A DNA stretch of 64,000 nucleotides from a bacterium (GTDB taxonomy: Bacteria; UBP7; UBA6624). A program made the position numbers and the translations under genes. Under the pieces are notes generated by a model. That model was not told the DNA's origin, ran no database searches, and saw nothing but the letters and a program-made list of their open reading frames with translations. Positions within the stretch are counted from its first letter, which is position 1, and the number at the start of each line of letters is the position of its first letter. Location: contig PBAU01000003.1 of the NCBI GenBank assembly GCA_002716355.1, positions 8,597 through 72,596 on the forward strand, given 5' to 3'. Positions 10,112 to 20,101 of this stretch are shown in pieces.

Positions 10112-11680
10112 ATGCCAATTCCAATAGCTGACCCAAACAAAATACTTAATTTAATGAATGATCTTGTTGAGATTAAAAGTCCAACTGGTTCTTATGGAGA
10201 AGATGACATTCTTGATTTCATAGAGTCTTATGTAAAAAGGAAATCTGAGGGCGGTATAGATGTATTATCTTATGGTTATGAGATCGAAAAAAATGAGAGT
10301 TTTACAGAGGAAAAAAGATCCATTGCATTAGTCAAAAAAGGAAAAAGCAAGAAGGCGGTGTTGTTTGTAGCTAATGTTGACACTGTAGGAACTTCTGATT
10401 ATTCATATCTTGAACCCGTCTCTACTAGTCCAGATAAGCTTCTTAAAAGTTTAAGTGTTGAGGTGAAAGAGTCAGCTAAAGCTGGACAAATGGATGATAG
10501 AGCTCCATTGTCAGAGATTGCAACAAAACATGTAAAGACAAAGGATTGGATATGGGGCAGGGGAACTTTAGACATGAAGGGAAGTCTGGCTGCCTTGATT
10601 GAAACTATTCTTGCATGGGAGAATGAGGATGCAAGCTTGGTTTTGCTTATCTGTCCTGACAGGCATGGTGACTCAGAAGGCATAAAGAATGCACTTCCCA
10701 AGCTAGGCCAGGAGATCAGAAAAAGAAAAATGAGTATTGTTGGCATGGTGGGAACAGATGCTTGGGAACCATCAGCTGAAAATTCTGTCAGAGATGTACA
10801 TATGTCTCTTCTAGGCAAGGCTTTGGTTTGCATTTATTATAGGGGTCCTACAGGAACAATTTCATCAAATAATGGTTTTCCTTCAGCGTTAGCTATGGGT
10901 TCAGACATTGTTAATGAATTGGATTGCGCAGAATATTTAATAGAGGAAAAAGATGGAGTAAAAACCCCCAAGTCTTTATTTCTATCAGCTAGAGATTTGA
11001 AAGATTCATACAACACTCAGGTTCCTGGTGAGTTTTGGGGCTTCATGCATATTCCTACTTTTAAAAAGCCAAAAGAGGTTTTAGAAGTTATCAAAGAGAA
11101 GGTTGCTGCTGTAATAGAAAAGAAAGTTTTAGAGAGGTCGAAAAAGTTTGGATTTGATGTAGTTGATGTTCCTATGCTTGACACTCTTGATCTTGTTGAA
11201 AAACCCTACATAGTTCCCAAAGGTCAAAATTTAAGAGAGTTATGTAGGGATAAGTTCCTTGCAAGTGCCCTTTACAAAAAGATTAAATCACCTTGGTGTA
11301 TTGTTTCCATGATCCCTCCTTATTACCCAGGTTACTCTTGGAAAACCTCTAAAAAAAGTGATTTTGAAAAAGCGTTAGACAAAGCTTTGAAGAAATCTGC
11401 TAAAAAGTTTGAAATTGAATATGAGAAACAGCCTTTCTATAAGGATGTTTCTGAACTTTCTCTAATTCCAGCAAGTAGAGATTATTGGATAGAGTTCACT
11501 CCTCAGCAACCTCTTAAGCTAACGTCTTCAAAGGGTGTAGGCGTTCAGGATATACCATATGTGAACATTGGGCCGCTGGGATACGGAGCTGCAACTCATG
11601 AAGAGAGAGTTTTAAAGGCGGATATTCTTGAAAGGGTTCCTTTTACTCTGTCTGCCTTGATTAAAGAATTTTTATCTTAA
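10112..11680 (+). CDS. M20-family metallopeptidase / deacylase-like protein with an extended C-terminal region
   Basis: M20 metal-binding signature context (VANVDTVGT ... WGRGTLDMKGSLAA). Start moved to MPIPIADP to remove the overlap with the upstream gene. Confidence 0.55.
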   Translation: MPIPIADPNKILNLMNDLVEIKSPTGSYGEDDILDFIESYVKRKSEGGIDVLSYGYEIEKNESFTEEKRSIALVKKGKSKKAVLFVANVDTVGTSDYSYLEPVSTSPDKLLKSLSVEVKESAKAGQMDDRAPLSEIATKHVKTKDWIWGRGTLDMKGSLAALIETILAWENEDASLVLLICPDRHGDSEGIKNALPKLGQEIRKRKMSIVGMVGTDAWEPSAENSVRDVHMSLLGKALVCIYYRGPTGTISSNNGFPSALAMGSDIVNELDCAEYLIEEKDGVKTPKSLFLSARDLKDSYNTQVPGEFWGFMHIPTFKKPKEVLEVIKEKVAAVIEKKVLERSKKFGFDVVDVPMLDTLDLVEKPYIVPKGQNLRELCRDKFLASALYKKIKSPWCIVSMIPPYYPGYSWKTSKKSDFEKALDKALKKSAKKFEIEYEKQPFYKDVSELSLIPASRDYWIEFTPQQPLKLTSSKGVGVQDIPYVNIGPLGYGAATHEERVLKADILERVPFTLSALIKEFLS

Positions 11681-11727
11681 TTTAGTTTTTGTTAAAAATT
11701 TCCAATGATTTTTTTATTGATCGTTTA

Positions 11728-11796
11728 TTAGAGTGAAAGTTACTCTATTTTTTTTTCTTGGAATAAAATTCACTCTATCTAGTATTTTTAGAGTAA
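11728..11796. promoter_or_regulatory. putative operator: repeated inverted half-sites TAGAGTG/CACTCTA upstream of the wHTH regulator gene
   Basis: TTAGAGTGaaagtTACTCTA at 11728-11747, then CACTCTA at 11771-11777 and TTAGAGTAA at 11788-11796. ATG at 11807. Confidence 0.4.
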
Positions 11797-11806
11797 AATA
11801 TATCCT

Positions 11807-12280
11807 ATGTCGTTAAAAAAGATATTTGGTTCAAAGCTTAGAGCGGATATACTTCTCGAGGTTTTTTCAAATCCTGAGCAAGATTATCATGTTAGAAAGC
11901 TTGCTGCTATAGTTAATGGACATAGCACAAATGTCTCAAGGGAACTCAGGATGTTGGAAGAAATTGGCATACTTGTTCATAGGAAAGTTGGGAGAAAGGT
12001 TGTCGTAAGTTTGAAAAAAGATGATCCTTCAATAGAACTTTTTGGCAAATGGATCAAAGAGTGGAAAAATCCTATAAGCAGAATTACAAGGTATGCATCA
12101 AAAAATAATCTTTCGTTAAGGTCTGTGGATAGGCAGGATGAAAAAGGTGACAGTGTTTTGGTTATCCTGGAAGGAAGCGACACTCCCTCTGATCTTGAGG
12201 ATTATGTTGACATGATAAATTCAGATAAGCAAAAACCTTTTTTAAAAGCTCTTTATGTTTGGGTTCCTTTAGGAAATTAG
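11807..12280 (+). CDS. winged-HTH transcriptional regulator (ArsR/MarR-like fold), function unknown
   Basis: N-terminal wHTH pattern (RADILLEVFSNPEQDYHVRKLAAIVNGHSTNVSRELRMLEEIGILVHRKVGRKVVVSL). Confidence 0.5.
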   Translation: MSLKKIFGSKLRADILLEVFSNPEQDYHVRKLAAIVNGHSTNVSRELRMLEEIGILVHRKVGRKVVVSLKKDDPSIELFGKWIKEWKNPISRITRYASKNNLSLRSVDRQDEKGDSVLVILEGSDTPSDLEDYVDMINSDKQKPFLKALYVWVPLGN

Positions 12281-12843
12281 CCATTAAAAAAATAACCCAT
12301 CATCGCTAAGCCTTGAGCGCCATTTTTCTTTGCTTCTTCCATATCTGAAATTGACATTCCCCCCAAGGCATAAGTTGGCTTTTTTATTTTTTTTGCTAAC
12401 CTTTTGAACTCCTTCCAGCCCAAAGGTTTGACTTGATTTCCTTTTGAAGGTGTGTTTTTGACTGGAGACAGTAAAGCTGCATCAAATTTAAAGTTTTTAA
12501 ATTTAATCAATGAATTTGTGTTGTGTATGGATGTAGTAAGAAACAAATCAGAGTTAACCCTATAGCTTTCAATCCATCCTTTTGAAGGCTCTAAGTCAGG
12601 CATATGCAATCCTTCAAATCCAATATCTGCAGCTATTTGAGGTTTGCCATTCAGTATTAAGAATAATTTTGGAAATTCTTTTCTTATTTTTTTTGAAATT
12701 TCTACAAGTTTTTTTTGATTGATCTCTTTGTCTCTCACCTGTAAAGCATCCATCCCGCGATCAAGTGCAATTTCTATTTTTTTTAGAATTTTTTTTTCAT
12801 TTTTGATAGATGGAGTTATGCCAATTGTTTCAATTATTTTCAA
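12277..12843 (-). CDS. thiE: thiamine-phosphate synthase
   Basis: TMP-synthase fold motifs (ALQVRDKE ... LILNG ... GFEGLHMP). Operon context with thiG and thiS. Confidence 0.8.
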   Translation of the reverse strand: MKIIETIGITPSIKNEKKILKKIEIALDRGMDALQVRDKEINQKKLVEISKKIRKEFPKLFLILNGKPQIAADIGFEGLHMPDLEPSKGWIESYRVNSDLFLTTSIHNTNSLIKFKNFKFDAALLSPVKNTPSKGNQVKPLGWKEFKRLAKKIKKPTYALGGMSISDMEEAKKNGAQGLAMMGYFFNG

Positions 12844-13610
12844 CTTCCAGGAACGCCTTTTGTCGGGCTTGAAGGGTCTGCAGAAAATTTCCTCGGCATC
12901 CTGCCAGCATCAAATGCTAATTTTCCAGCAATAACTGAATGTTTCATTGCTTCAGCCATTTGAATTGGCTTTTTTGCTTCTGCTATAGCAGTGTTCATTA
13001 GTACACCATCTGCACCTAATTCCATCGCAACAGCTGCATCGCTAGCCGTTCCAACACCTGCATCAACTATCATTGGCACATTGTTTATGGCTTTTCTGAC
13101 TATTGACAACGTTTCTCTGTCCTGTATTCCAAGACCACTTCCTATAGGTGAGGCAAGTGGCATCACTGCATGACAGCCAATTTCTTGAAGCTTCCTGGCT
13201 CCTACTGGGTCAGGGCCGCAGTATGGCATTACAACAAAGTCGTCTTGAATTAATATTTTTGCAGCTTCTATAGTTTGCTCCATATCAGGCCATAAACTGA
13301 ATTTATCCCCAATAACCTCTAGCTTGATAAGATTAGTTTTTAATGCCTCTCTTGCAAGTTTTGCTGTCAGTATTGCATCTTCGACATTAAAGCATCCAGC
13401 TGTATTTGGCAACAAGCTGAATCTTTCAGGGTCAAGAAAATCCAAAAGACCCTCTCCCTTTGGGGCATTTAAATCAATTCTTCTAATTGCAACTGTTACC
13501 AAGTCAGTGCCGCTAGCTTCTAAAGATTTTTTCATTGTTTCAAAATCTTGATATTTTCCTGTTCCCAGAACAAGTCTTGAATGAAATTTATAAGGTCCTA
13601 TATTTAACAT
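12840..13610 (-). CDS. thiG: thiazole synthase
   Basis: Strong similarity to ThiG (LNIGPYKFHSRLVLGTGKY; lysine Schiff-base region). Confidence 0.9.
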   Translation of the reverse strand: MLNIGPYKFHSRLVLGTGKYQDFETMKKSLEASGTDLVTVAIRRIDLNAPKGEGLLDFLDPERFSLLPNTAGCFNVEDAILTAKLAREALKTNLIKLEVIGDKFSLWPDMEQTIEAAKILIQDDFVVMPYCGPDPVGARKLQEIGCHAVMPLASPIGSGLGIQDRETLSIVRKAINNVPMIVDAGVGTASDAAVAMELGADGVLMNTAIAEAKKPIQMAEAMKHSVIAGKLAFDAGRMPRKFSADPSSPTKGVPGS

Positions 13611-13808
13611 TTATCCTCCTGGGGCTGCTTTGACAAACTCTAGAGTATCCCCTTCTTTTAATTCGATGCAGTCTCTTTCGTGACGGTGAACTATCTCTCT
13701 GTTTAAGGCTACTGCAACAAAATCTGGAGATATCTTCAGTTCTCTTAAAAGATGATTTACAGTTCCGCCTTTAAAGCTTACGAATTCACCATTTACTTTG
13801 ATTTTCAT
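13611..13808 (-). CDS. thiS: sulfur-carrier protein ThiS
   Basis: 65 aa, ends in Gly-Gly, directly upstream of thiG. Confidence 0.8.
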   Translation of the reverse strand: MKIKVNGEFVSFKGGTVNHLLRELKISPDFVAVALNREIVHRHERDCIELKEGDTLEFVKAAPGG

Positions 13809-15781
13809 AGGTTGTTTTTAAACCAGTTAATCAACAATCTCAATCTTTCCATTTTTCTGTTTGGAGAGCCAGATCTTGACAATTCGTGTGTTTCGTTTGG
13901 AAACCGTGCAAAGGAAACTTTTTGGCCTAGCATTTTTAGCGAAATAAAAAGTTGTTCTGCTTGCTCTATTGGACATCTTAAATCTTGTTCACTGTGTATT
14001 ATCAATGTAGCAGCTTTCATGTTTTCAACATAGGTTATAGGGCTTTTTTCCAGATACACTTTAGAATTTTCCCAAGGTGTTTTGCCGATTTGTTCAATAT
14101 CAAAAAAATAACCAATATCACTTGTTCCAAACATTGATGTAAAGTTTGATATACCTCTTTGTGTAACTGCAGCTTTAAACATGTCAGTGTGTCCTATTAT
14201 CCAATTTGTCATAAAGCCCCCATAAGAGCCCCCACACACGCCAAGTCTTTTTTCATCAATTTGCTTGTGCTTTTTGAGGCTTTCTTGAACTGACTCAATA
14301 AGATCTTCGTAATCTCTTTCACCATACTTTTTGAAAACACTATGAGCCCAATCAACACCATATCCATCAGAGCCTCTAGGATTTCCGTATATAACTGCAA
14401 AACCTTCTCCTGCAAGCATTTGGAATTCAAGCATAATTGCGTTGCCATAAACTGTTTTTGGGCCTCCATGAATTTCCAATATTGCTGGTACTTTTTTCTT
14501 GTGTGTTAGTCTCGGTTTTATGATCCAGGCATCCACTAAAGTTTTATCAGAAGCTTCAAAAGTCATTTTTTCTGGCTTAAAGAATCTCCTCTTGCTTGCA
14601 AGATTGTCATTGTATTTTGTTATCTTTATAGCTTTTTTATCGTCATCAACAAACCATAATTCAGGAAAGGATATAGGTGAGGTTCTGAGTTCAATTCGGG
14701 ATTTTCCGTCTTTTGATTGAGAGTAACCAATTACAGAGTGTCCTGCATCAGAAATGTATTTCCAAGTTTGTTTTTTGATATCTAGTTCAACAAGTCGTAG
14801 AGATTCCTTGACGGTTGCAACAAATCTTGCTTTGTTGAGGCTGCTTGAGACCCAAACATCACTTCCTGATGGAAACCTTGTATCGCAATTCATTGAATCT
14901 CCTATTCCAAATTCAAAATCACCTGTTATTTTTTTTAATTTCTTGTTTTTCTGAACCTCATAAAGGCTGTCATTGGATGCCCAGGATTTTTTCATATCAT
15001 TTGCAATAACATAAATTTGACCTCCTGAGACAATAGGGGTATGCAGTCTTTTGCCAAATGATGTAATCTTTTTCTCCTTTCCGCCCTGTAGAGATATTGA
15101 GTAAAGTTCTGATGACATTGCTTGATCCATGTCGTTTTCAGGATTTGGAGTTCTTGAATACAGAACTTTATCATCTTGTGCATACCAAGATCCAACACTC
15201 CATTTTCCAGATGTTATTTTTTTGGATTTTTTGCTTTTGATCTTCTGTACAAATAAGTGATTTCTTTTTCTCAAAAATGAACCCTGCCCATTGAGTCTCC
15301 AAAATGCTGAATCGATAACTTCAACATCATCTGCAAAAGAGTCTTTGTATTTAGATTTTTCTGGATCATCAAAAGATGTAAATATTATCGATTTTCCATT
15401 TGGTGAAAATTTAAAAGAGTTAATTCCGTTTTTTTGCTTTGTGAATTTTCTTGCCTCTCCTCCCTCCATGTCAAGTAGATAAATTTGATAGTGTTCATCT
15501 TTTGTCCTCTTCGAAAGAAAAGCAAGTGTTTTTCCGCTTGGTGACCATTTGGGTGAAAATGCATCAAATTCCTCAGAAGAAATTCTTTTGCTTTTAAATG
15601 TTTTCAAATCTGTTATTGCAATTTCAGATTTCCAGCAATTTTTTTTAGTATTCTTGTGAGCTTTTTTTAAAACATAACATACGTTATTTTTCTTGGGGTT
15701 AATAACAGGGTCCGAAACGTGGATTATTTTTCTTATATCTTTTATTGAAAAGTTTTTTAGTTCTTTTTTCATCATTACCAA
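13805..15781 (-). CDS. S9-family serine peptidase (prolyl oligopeptidase / acylaminoacyl-peptidase-like) with an N-terminal beta-propeller
   Basis: C-terminal alpha/beta hydrolase nucleophile elbow GGSYGG. Propeller-like repeats in the N-terminal half. Confidence 0.85.
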   Translation of the reverse strand: MVMMKKELKNFSIKDIRKIIHVSDPVINPKKNNVCYVLKKAHKNTKKNCWKSEIAITDLKTFKSKRISSEEFDAFSPKWSPSGKTLAFLSKRTKDEHYQIYLLDMEGGEARKFTKQKNGINSFKFSPNGKSIIFTSFDDPEKSKYKDSFADDVEVIDSAFWRLNGQGSFLRKRNHLFVQKIKSKKSKKITSGKWSVGSWYAQDDKVLYSRTPNPENDMDQAMSSELYSISLQGGKEKKITSFGKRLHTPIVSGGQIYVIANDMKKSWASNDSLYEVQKNKKLKKITGDFEFGIGDSMNCDTRFPSGSDVWVSSSLNKARFVATVKESLRLVELDIKKQTWKYISDAGHSVIGYSQSKDGKSRIELRTSPISFPELWFVDDDKKAIKITKYNDNLASKRRFFKPEKMTFEASDKTLVDAWIIKPRLTHKKKVPAILEIHGGPKTVYGNAIMLEFQMLAGEGFAVIYGNPRGSDGYGVDWAHSVFKKYGERDYEDLIESVQESLKKHKQIDEKRLGVCGGSYGGFMTNWIIGHTDMFKAAVTQRGISNFTSMFGTSDIGYFFDIEQIGKTPWENSKVYLEKSPITYVENMKAATLIIHSEQDLRCPIEQAEQLFISLKMLGQKVSFARFPNETHELSRSGSPNRKMERLRLLINWFKNNL

Positions 15782-17202
15782 GCTCTTGAAAATAATGCTT
15801 TTATCTTTGTTTTTGAGCCATCTTGAGCAACGCTTTCATCTGTAGGATTTAGGCATCTTATAGTAGCTTTTGTTTTTTCTTTAATTTCGGCTTCAAGATC
15901 TTTGTTTTCTGGATTCCATGGAATCCATATTGCTTTTTTGGAGTCGATTGCTTTTTTGATTTCTTCAGTCTTTTTTCCCTCCAGTATTCTGCTTTCCATT
16001 TTGTTTTTTGCACTTTCAAAAAGGTTTTTCTGGATGTCTGATTTTAAAAATTCACAAGTTTCAGAAATATTTTCAATTTTTATTTTTTCTTTAGAGCCCT
16101 TGTCTCTTCTTGCTACCATGCATGAATTTTCTTCCAGGTCTCTTGGTCCTATTTCGATTCGTATAGGCACACCCTTTAGCTCCCAGTCATTGAATTTGAA
16201 TCCAGGTCTTAAGTTTTCCCTGTTGTCATAAGTGACCTTGAATCCTTTTTCAACAAGATCGTCTTTAATTTTTAAGCTAACTTCATTAACTTTAGGATTT
16301 TTCTCAGCAGCAATAGGAACTATTACTATCTGGATGGGTGCGATTTTTGGAGGGAGTATTAAGCCTTTGTCGTCACCATGGGTTAAAACAAGTCCTCCGA
16401 TAAGCCTTGTTGAAACACCCCATGATGTTTGAAAAGGGTGCTTTCTTGTTTTGTCTTTATCTTGAAACCATATGTCAAATGCTTTTGCAAAGTTTGTTCC
16501 AAGGTAATGGCTTGTGCCCATTTGTAACGCCTGCCCATCTGGCAAGATCGTTTCTATAGTGTGAGTCTCTACCGCTCCAGCAAATTTTTCAGATTCAGAT
16601 TTTTGACCGTAAACCAAAGGCACAGCAAGAAAGTCTTGAACTGTATCTTTGTAAACTTCAAGCATCAACAATGTTTCTTTTAATGCTTCTTCTTTGGTTG
16701 CATGGACAGTATGTCCTTCCTGCCACAGGAATTCAGTAGTGCGTAAAAAAGGCCTTGTTGTCTTTTCCCACCTCATTACATTTGCCCATTGGTTTATCAG
16801 TATTGGAAGGTCTCTATATCCATTTATCCATTTAGCGTACATGTGACAAATCATCGCTTCGCTCGTCGGGCGAATTGCAAGCCTTTCTTCAAGGGGTTCG
16901 CTACCAGCTGTCTCAACCCATGCAACTTCAGGAGCAAAACCTTCAACATGTTCTGCTTCTTTTTTTAAAAAAGATTCTGGTATCAATAATGGGAAATAGG
17001 CATTTTGATGACCTGTTTCTTTAAACCTTCTATCAAGTTCTTTTTGTATTTGTTCCCATAAGGCGTAACCATGAGGTTTGATAACCATTGATCCTCTAAC
17101 TGGAGCATAGTCAACAAGTCCTGCCTTCAGTACTGTATCAGTGTACCATTGAGATAAATTTTCATCCCTTGAGGACACGCCTAAATTTTTTGATTTGTTC
17201 AT
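15775..17202 (-). CDS. proS: prolyl-tRNA synthetase, archaeal/eukaryote-like type (no INS editing insertion)
   Basis: Class II aaRS motifs. N-terminus WYTDTVLKAGLVDY...HGYALWE is typical of short-form ProRS. 475 aa. Confidence 0.9.
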   Translation of the reverse strand: MNKSKNLGVSSRDENLSQWYTDTVLKAGLVDYAPVRGSMVIKPHGYALWEQIQKELDRRFKETGHQNAYFPLLIPESFLKKEAEHVEGFAPEVAWVETAGSEPLEERLAIRPTSEAMICHMYAKWINGYRDLPILINQWANVMRWEKTTRPFLRTTEFLWQEGHTVHATKEEALKETLLMLEVYKDTVQDFLAVPLVYGQKSESEKFAGAVETHTIETILPDGQALQMGTSHYLGTNFAKAFDIWFQDKDKTRKHPFQTSWGVSTRLIGGLVLTHGDDKGLILPPKIAPIQIVIVPIAAEKNPKVNEVSLKIKDDLVEKGFKVTYDNRENLRPGFKFNDWELKGVPIRIEIGPRDLEENSCMVARRDKGSKEKIKIENISETCEFLKSDIQKNLFESAKNKMESRILEGKKTEEIKKAIDSKKAIWIPWNPENKDLEAEIKEKTKATIRCLNPTDESVAQDGSKTKIKALFSRAW

Positions 17203-17224
17203 CTTTTCATATCGTACTATTTAT

Positions 17225-18031
17225 TCAACAATCTATTCCCCAAGATTTCATGAAAGACAGAGTTTCTTTTACATCATGTACGCGAATCAGCCTAGCTCCA
17301 TTCAAAATGCTCCAAAGCGCAACAAACAATGAGCCTTCAAGCCTTTCTTCAATATCTTTTTTTGAAAGCTCCCCAATAAGGGATTTTCTGCTCACTCCAA
17401 TTGCTATATTTTTGTTTATTTTTTTTAGCATTTCAAGATTGTTAATTATTTCTATATTGGCATTTTGAGTTTTGCCAAAGCCTATACCAGGGTCAAGGTA
17501 GTATTTGTCTATGTTGAAATCCTGAAGCTTTTCAGATGCTTCTTGAAAAAAAGATATCAGCTTAAGCATAACTTGAGTTTTATTTAATGGTTTTGCTTGC
17601 ATTTTATTTGGAGGCCATAAAGCATGACTGACAATTAAATGTAATTTTTTTTGACAGATTATCTTTAAAGCTTTTTCGTTAGGCATCCCAGAGGGATTGT
17701 TGATCATGCTTATTTCAAAATTAGATATCTTCTTGATATTTTCAGAGTGGTATGTATCTATGCTTATTTTTGTTTTTTTTGTATTTATCTTCCCTTCTAA
17801 GCTCATAAGAAAAGGCTCCAGCCTTTTCCATTCTTCACCATGGCTTAATTGCATTGATCCAGGTCTGGTTGATTCTGCCCCTACGTCTATCCATTTTGCA
17901 CCTTGATCAGACATTGCGATGCATTCATCCACAGCTTTATCGTTTTCATATCTGCTGTTTACCCAAAATGAATCTGGCGTAATGTTGATGACGCCCATGA
18001 CTTCAATGGATGATCTTGTTTTAGTTTTCAA
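17225..18031 (-). CDS. folP: dihydropteroate synthase
   Basis: Pterin-binding domain start MGVINITPDSFW. DHPS length. Confidence 0.85.
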   Translation of the reverse strand: MKTKTRSSIEVMGVINITPDSFWVNSRYENDKAVDECIAMSDQGAKWIDVGAESTRPGSMQLSHGEEWKRLEPFLMSLEGKINTKKTKISIDTYHSENIKKISNFEISMINNPSGMPNEKALKIICQKKLHLIVSHALWPPNKMQAKPLNKTQVMLKLISFFQEASEKLQDFNIDKYYLDPGIGFGKTQNANIEIINNLEMLKKINKNIAIGVSRKSLIGELSKKDIEERLEGSLFVALWSILNGARLIRVHDVKETLSFMKSWGIDC

Positions 18032-19067
18032 TTATGACTTTGCCACTGCCGTTATTTGAAATTTCACCAATTTTCCAAGAAGGATAGGGTAGTTCAGATA
18101 AACACTTCAGGCATTCTTGTTCTTTTTCTTTTGAAATGATTATCCCAAAACCAATTCCCATATTGAATGTTTTATAAGCTTCTTGATCACTTATACCAGA
18201 CCTGGAGACAAGCCAATCGACAATAGTTGGCCTCGAGAAAGAAGATGGCTTTATTAAGCAGTTTACATTCTCAGGTATTATTCTTTCGAAATTTCTAACC
18301 ATGCCTCCACCAGTGACATGCGAAAAACCTTTTATTCCGCTGATTGAATTGCAAACCTTTTTTGTTAATGGCCAGTAAAGTCTTGTTGGTTCCGATAACT
18401 GAACTCCTATAGGTGTGGATGAGCCTTTGCGAGGTTGCTTAATGTCTATTTGCATTTCTTCTATTATTTTTCTGACAAGAGAAAATCCATTACTGTGAAA
18501 ACCAGACGAGGAAACACCTATCACTATATCTCCAGGCTCTATTTGCTCATGAGGATCTAAGAGTTTGTATTTGTCTGTAAATGAACCAAGCCCAAATCCA
18601 ACTATGTCAATTTCTCCTTTTTCGTAAAAGCCAGGCATTTCTGCTGTTTCTCCACCTAAAAGTACAGTTTCAGAAATGGAGCAGGATTCAGCAATGCCTT
18701 TTATAACTTTGTAAAAAACTTCTGTATTTAGTTTCCCGGTAGCGTAATAGTCCAAAAAAACATCTGGTTTAGCACCGCTTGCACATATGTCATTTAAAAC
18801 CATGCCAACACAATCTTGACCAGCCCAGTTTTCAGTACCCATTTCTAGATGAAGCAATGTTTTTGTGCCCACACCATCGCATGAAAGTGCAAGGTTTCTG
18901 TCCGATATTTTGACTATTCCAGAATAACCTGCTTTGTTGGGAACGTACCTTTTGTCATGTGTTGCTGACACTAAGGATTTTATTTTCCTCAAGGAATCTT
19001 CAGCTTTTTCTATATTTACGCCTGAGTCTTTGTATGTAATTTTTTTTCTTTCCATGCTTTTTATCAA
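18021..19067 (-). CDS. purM: phosphoribosylformylglycinamidine cyclo-ligase (AIR synthetase)
   Basis: PurM N- and C-domain signatures. About 345 aa. Confidence 0.9.
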   Translation of the reverse strand: MIKSMERKKITYKDSGVNIEKAEDSLRKIKSLVSATHDKRYVPNKAGYSGIVKISDRNLALSCDGVGTKTLLHLEMGTENWAGQDCVGMVLNDICASGAKPDVFLDYYATGKLNTEVFYKVIKGIAESCSISETVLLGGETAEMPGFYEKGEIDIVGFGLGSFTDKYKLLDPHEQIEPGDIVIGVSSSGFHSNGFSLVRKIIEEMQIDIKQPRKGSSTPIGVQLSEPTRLYWPLTKKVCNSISGIKGFSHVTGGGMVRNFERIIPENVNCLIKPSSFSRPTIVDWLVSRSGISDQEAYKTFNMGIGFGIIISKEKEQECLKCLSELPYPSWKIGEISNNGSGKVIIEN

Positions 19068-19111
19068 GTATATATGTAGATTCTAATTTTTTTCAATCTA
19101 GAATTTAAATA

Positions 19112-20101
19112 ATGGATAGAGATTTCTGGTCATGGTTTGTGACTTGCCTATTTGGCTCTTTTGTTTTGACGTGTTTCATTGTTGTTTTAACAGATAAGCC
19201 TTTGGTTAGATCCGAAATAGCCCCTAAAAAATCAAATCAATCTATTGACATCAGTGAAGATTTTGTGACAGGCGCTTATCTTCCACAAAGTGAATCTTAT
19301 GTTTTGCTAGGCGATGTAAACCTTTCTGAACCTTATGGTTTTTACAGGGATTCTGATTATCTTGTTGTTGCTGATCCTCATAGATCTTCAGGCAAAGGCT
19401 ATGTGCGTTTTTATGACATTCAAACAAAACAAGAAAATGAAGAAATGAGGCATGTGGCAAAATTTCCTGCACAGGTTTTGGATTTCGGGAAAAAGCAAAT
19501 TCTTGTAGATAATGGTTCAGGAGGCTCTGTTAAGGTTATTCAGGGTTCTGTTACTTTGTCAACATATGATGGAGTGAACGATCCTAAAGATGGTTTTTTT
19601 GATTTTGAAAACAGCTTAATTTACATTGCAGATCGTGGAAATAAAAGAATTTTAGTTCTTGATACAAATTTAGAAGTTGTTGCCGAGTGGAAGCCTTCCA
19701 ATGTTAATTTTGAGCCAAATGGTTTGACCATGGGTAAAAATGGAATGCTTTATGTGACAGACAAGATCGCTAAGAAGGTATGGGTTTTTGATAAAGGTAA
19801 AATTGTTGATTCGTTTGTGCCTGAAAGTCCAGAAAAATTTCTTTACCCTGGAGGCATTGTTACTGACCCTTGGGGTAGGGTTTATGTTTCTGATTACAGT
19901 GCTGACAAAATTTATGTATTTGATGCTGAGGGTGTTTATTTAAATCTGATAGATAAGAATTTAATAGATGATCCATCTTTTAAAAAACCTAGAAATTTAT
20001 TTTTTGATAAAAGCAGTGGGAGGCTTTTGGTGTCTGCTGGTGACAGGTTGACAAATGCAGGGAGAATATGGAGCGTACCAGTTCCTCTTTTAGAAAAATG
20101 A
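19112..20101 (+). CDS. membrane-anchored NHL-repeat beta-propeller protein
   Basis: N-terminal TM helix. Repeated NHL motifs (LIYIADRGNKRILVLD, MLYVTDKIAKKVWVFD, RVYVSDYSADKIYVFD). Confidence 0.75.
   Translation: MDRDFWSWFVTCLFGSFVLTCFIVVLTDKPLVRSEIAPKKSNQSIDISEDFVTGAYLPQSESYVLLGDVNLSEPYGFYRDSDYLVVADPHRSSGKGYVRFYDIQTKQENEEMRHVAKFPAQVLDFGKKQILVDNGSGGSVKVIQGSVTLSTYDGVNDPKDGFFDFENSLIYIADRGNKRILVLDTNLEVVAEWKPSNVNFEPNGLTMGKNGMLYVTDKIAKKVWVFDKGKIVDSFVPESPEKFLYPGGIVTDPWGRVYVSDYSADKIYVFDAEGVYLNLIDKNLIDDPSFKKPRNLFFDKSSGRLLVSAGDRLTNAGRIWSVPVPLLEK

Noticed and set aside
13805-13830. Expected TPP riboswitch upstream of thiS-thiG-thiE
   Set aside because: thiS starts 2 nt after the stop of the upstream S9 peptidase gene. 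There is no leader space, and no CUGAGA/TPP-box-like motif was seen upstream of the larger operon (19068-19111).
16140-16170. tRNA-like TTCGATTCG sequence
   Set aside because: It lies inside the proS coding region. There is no cloverleaf context and no matching acceptor stem.
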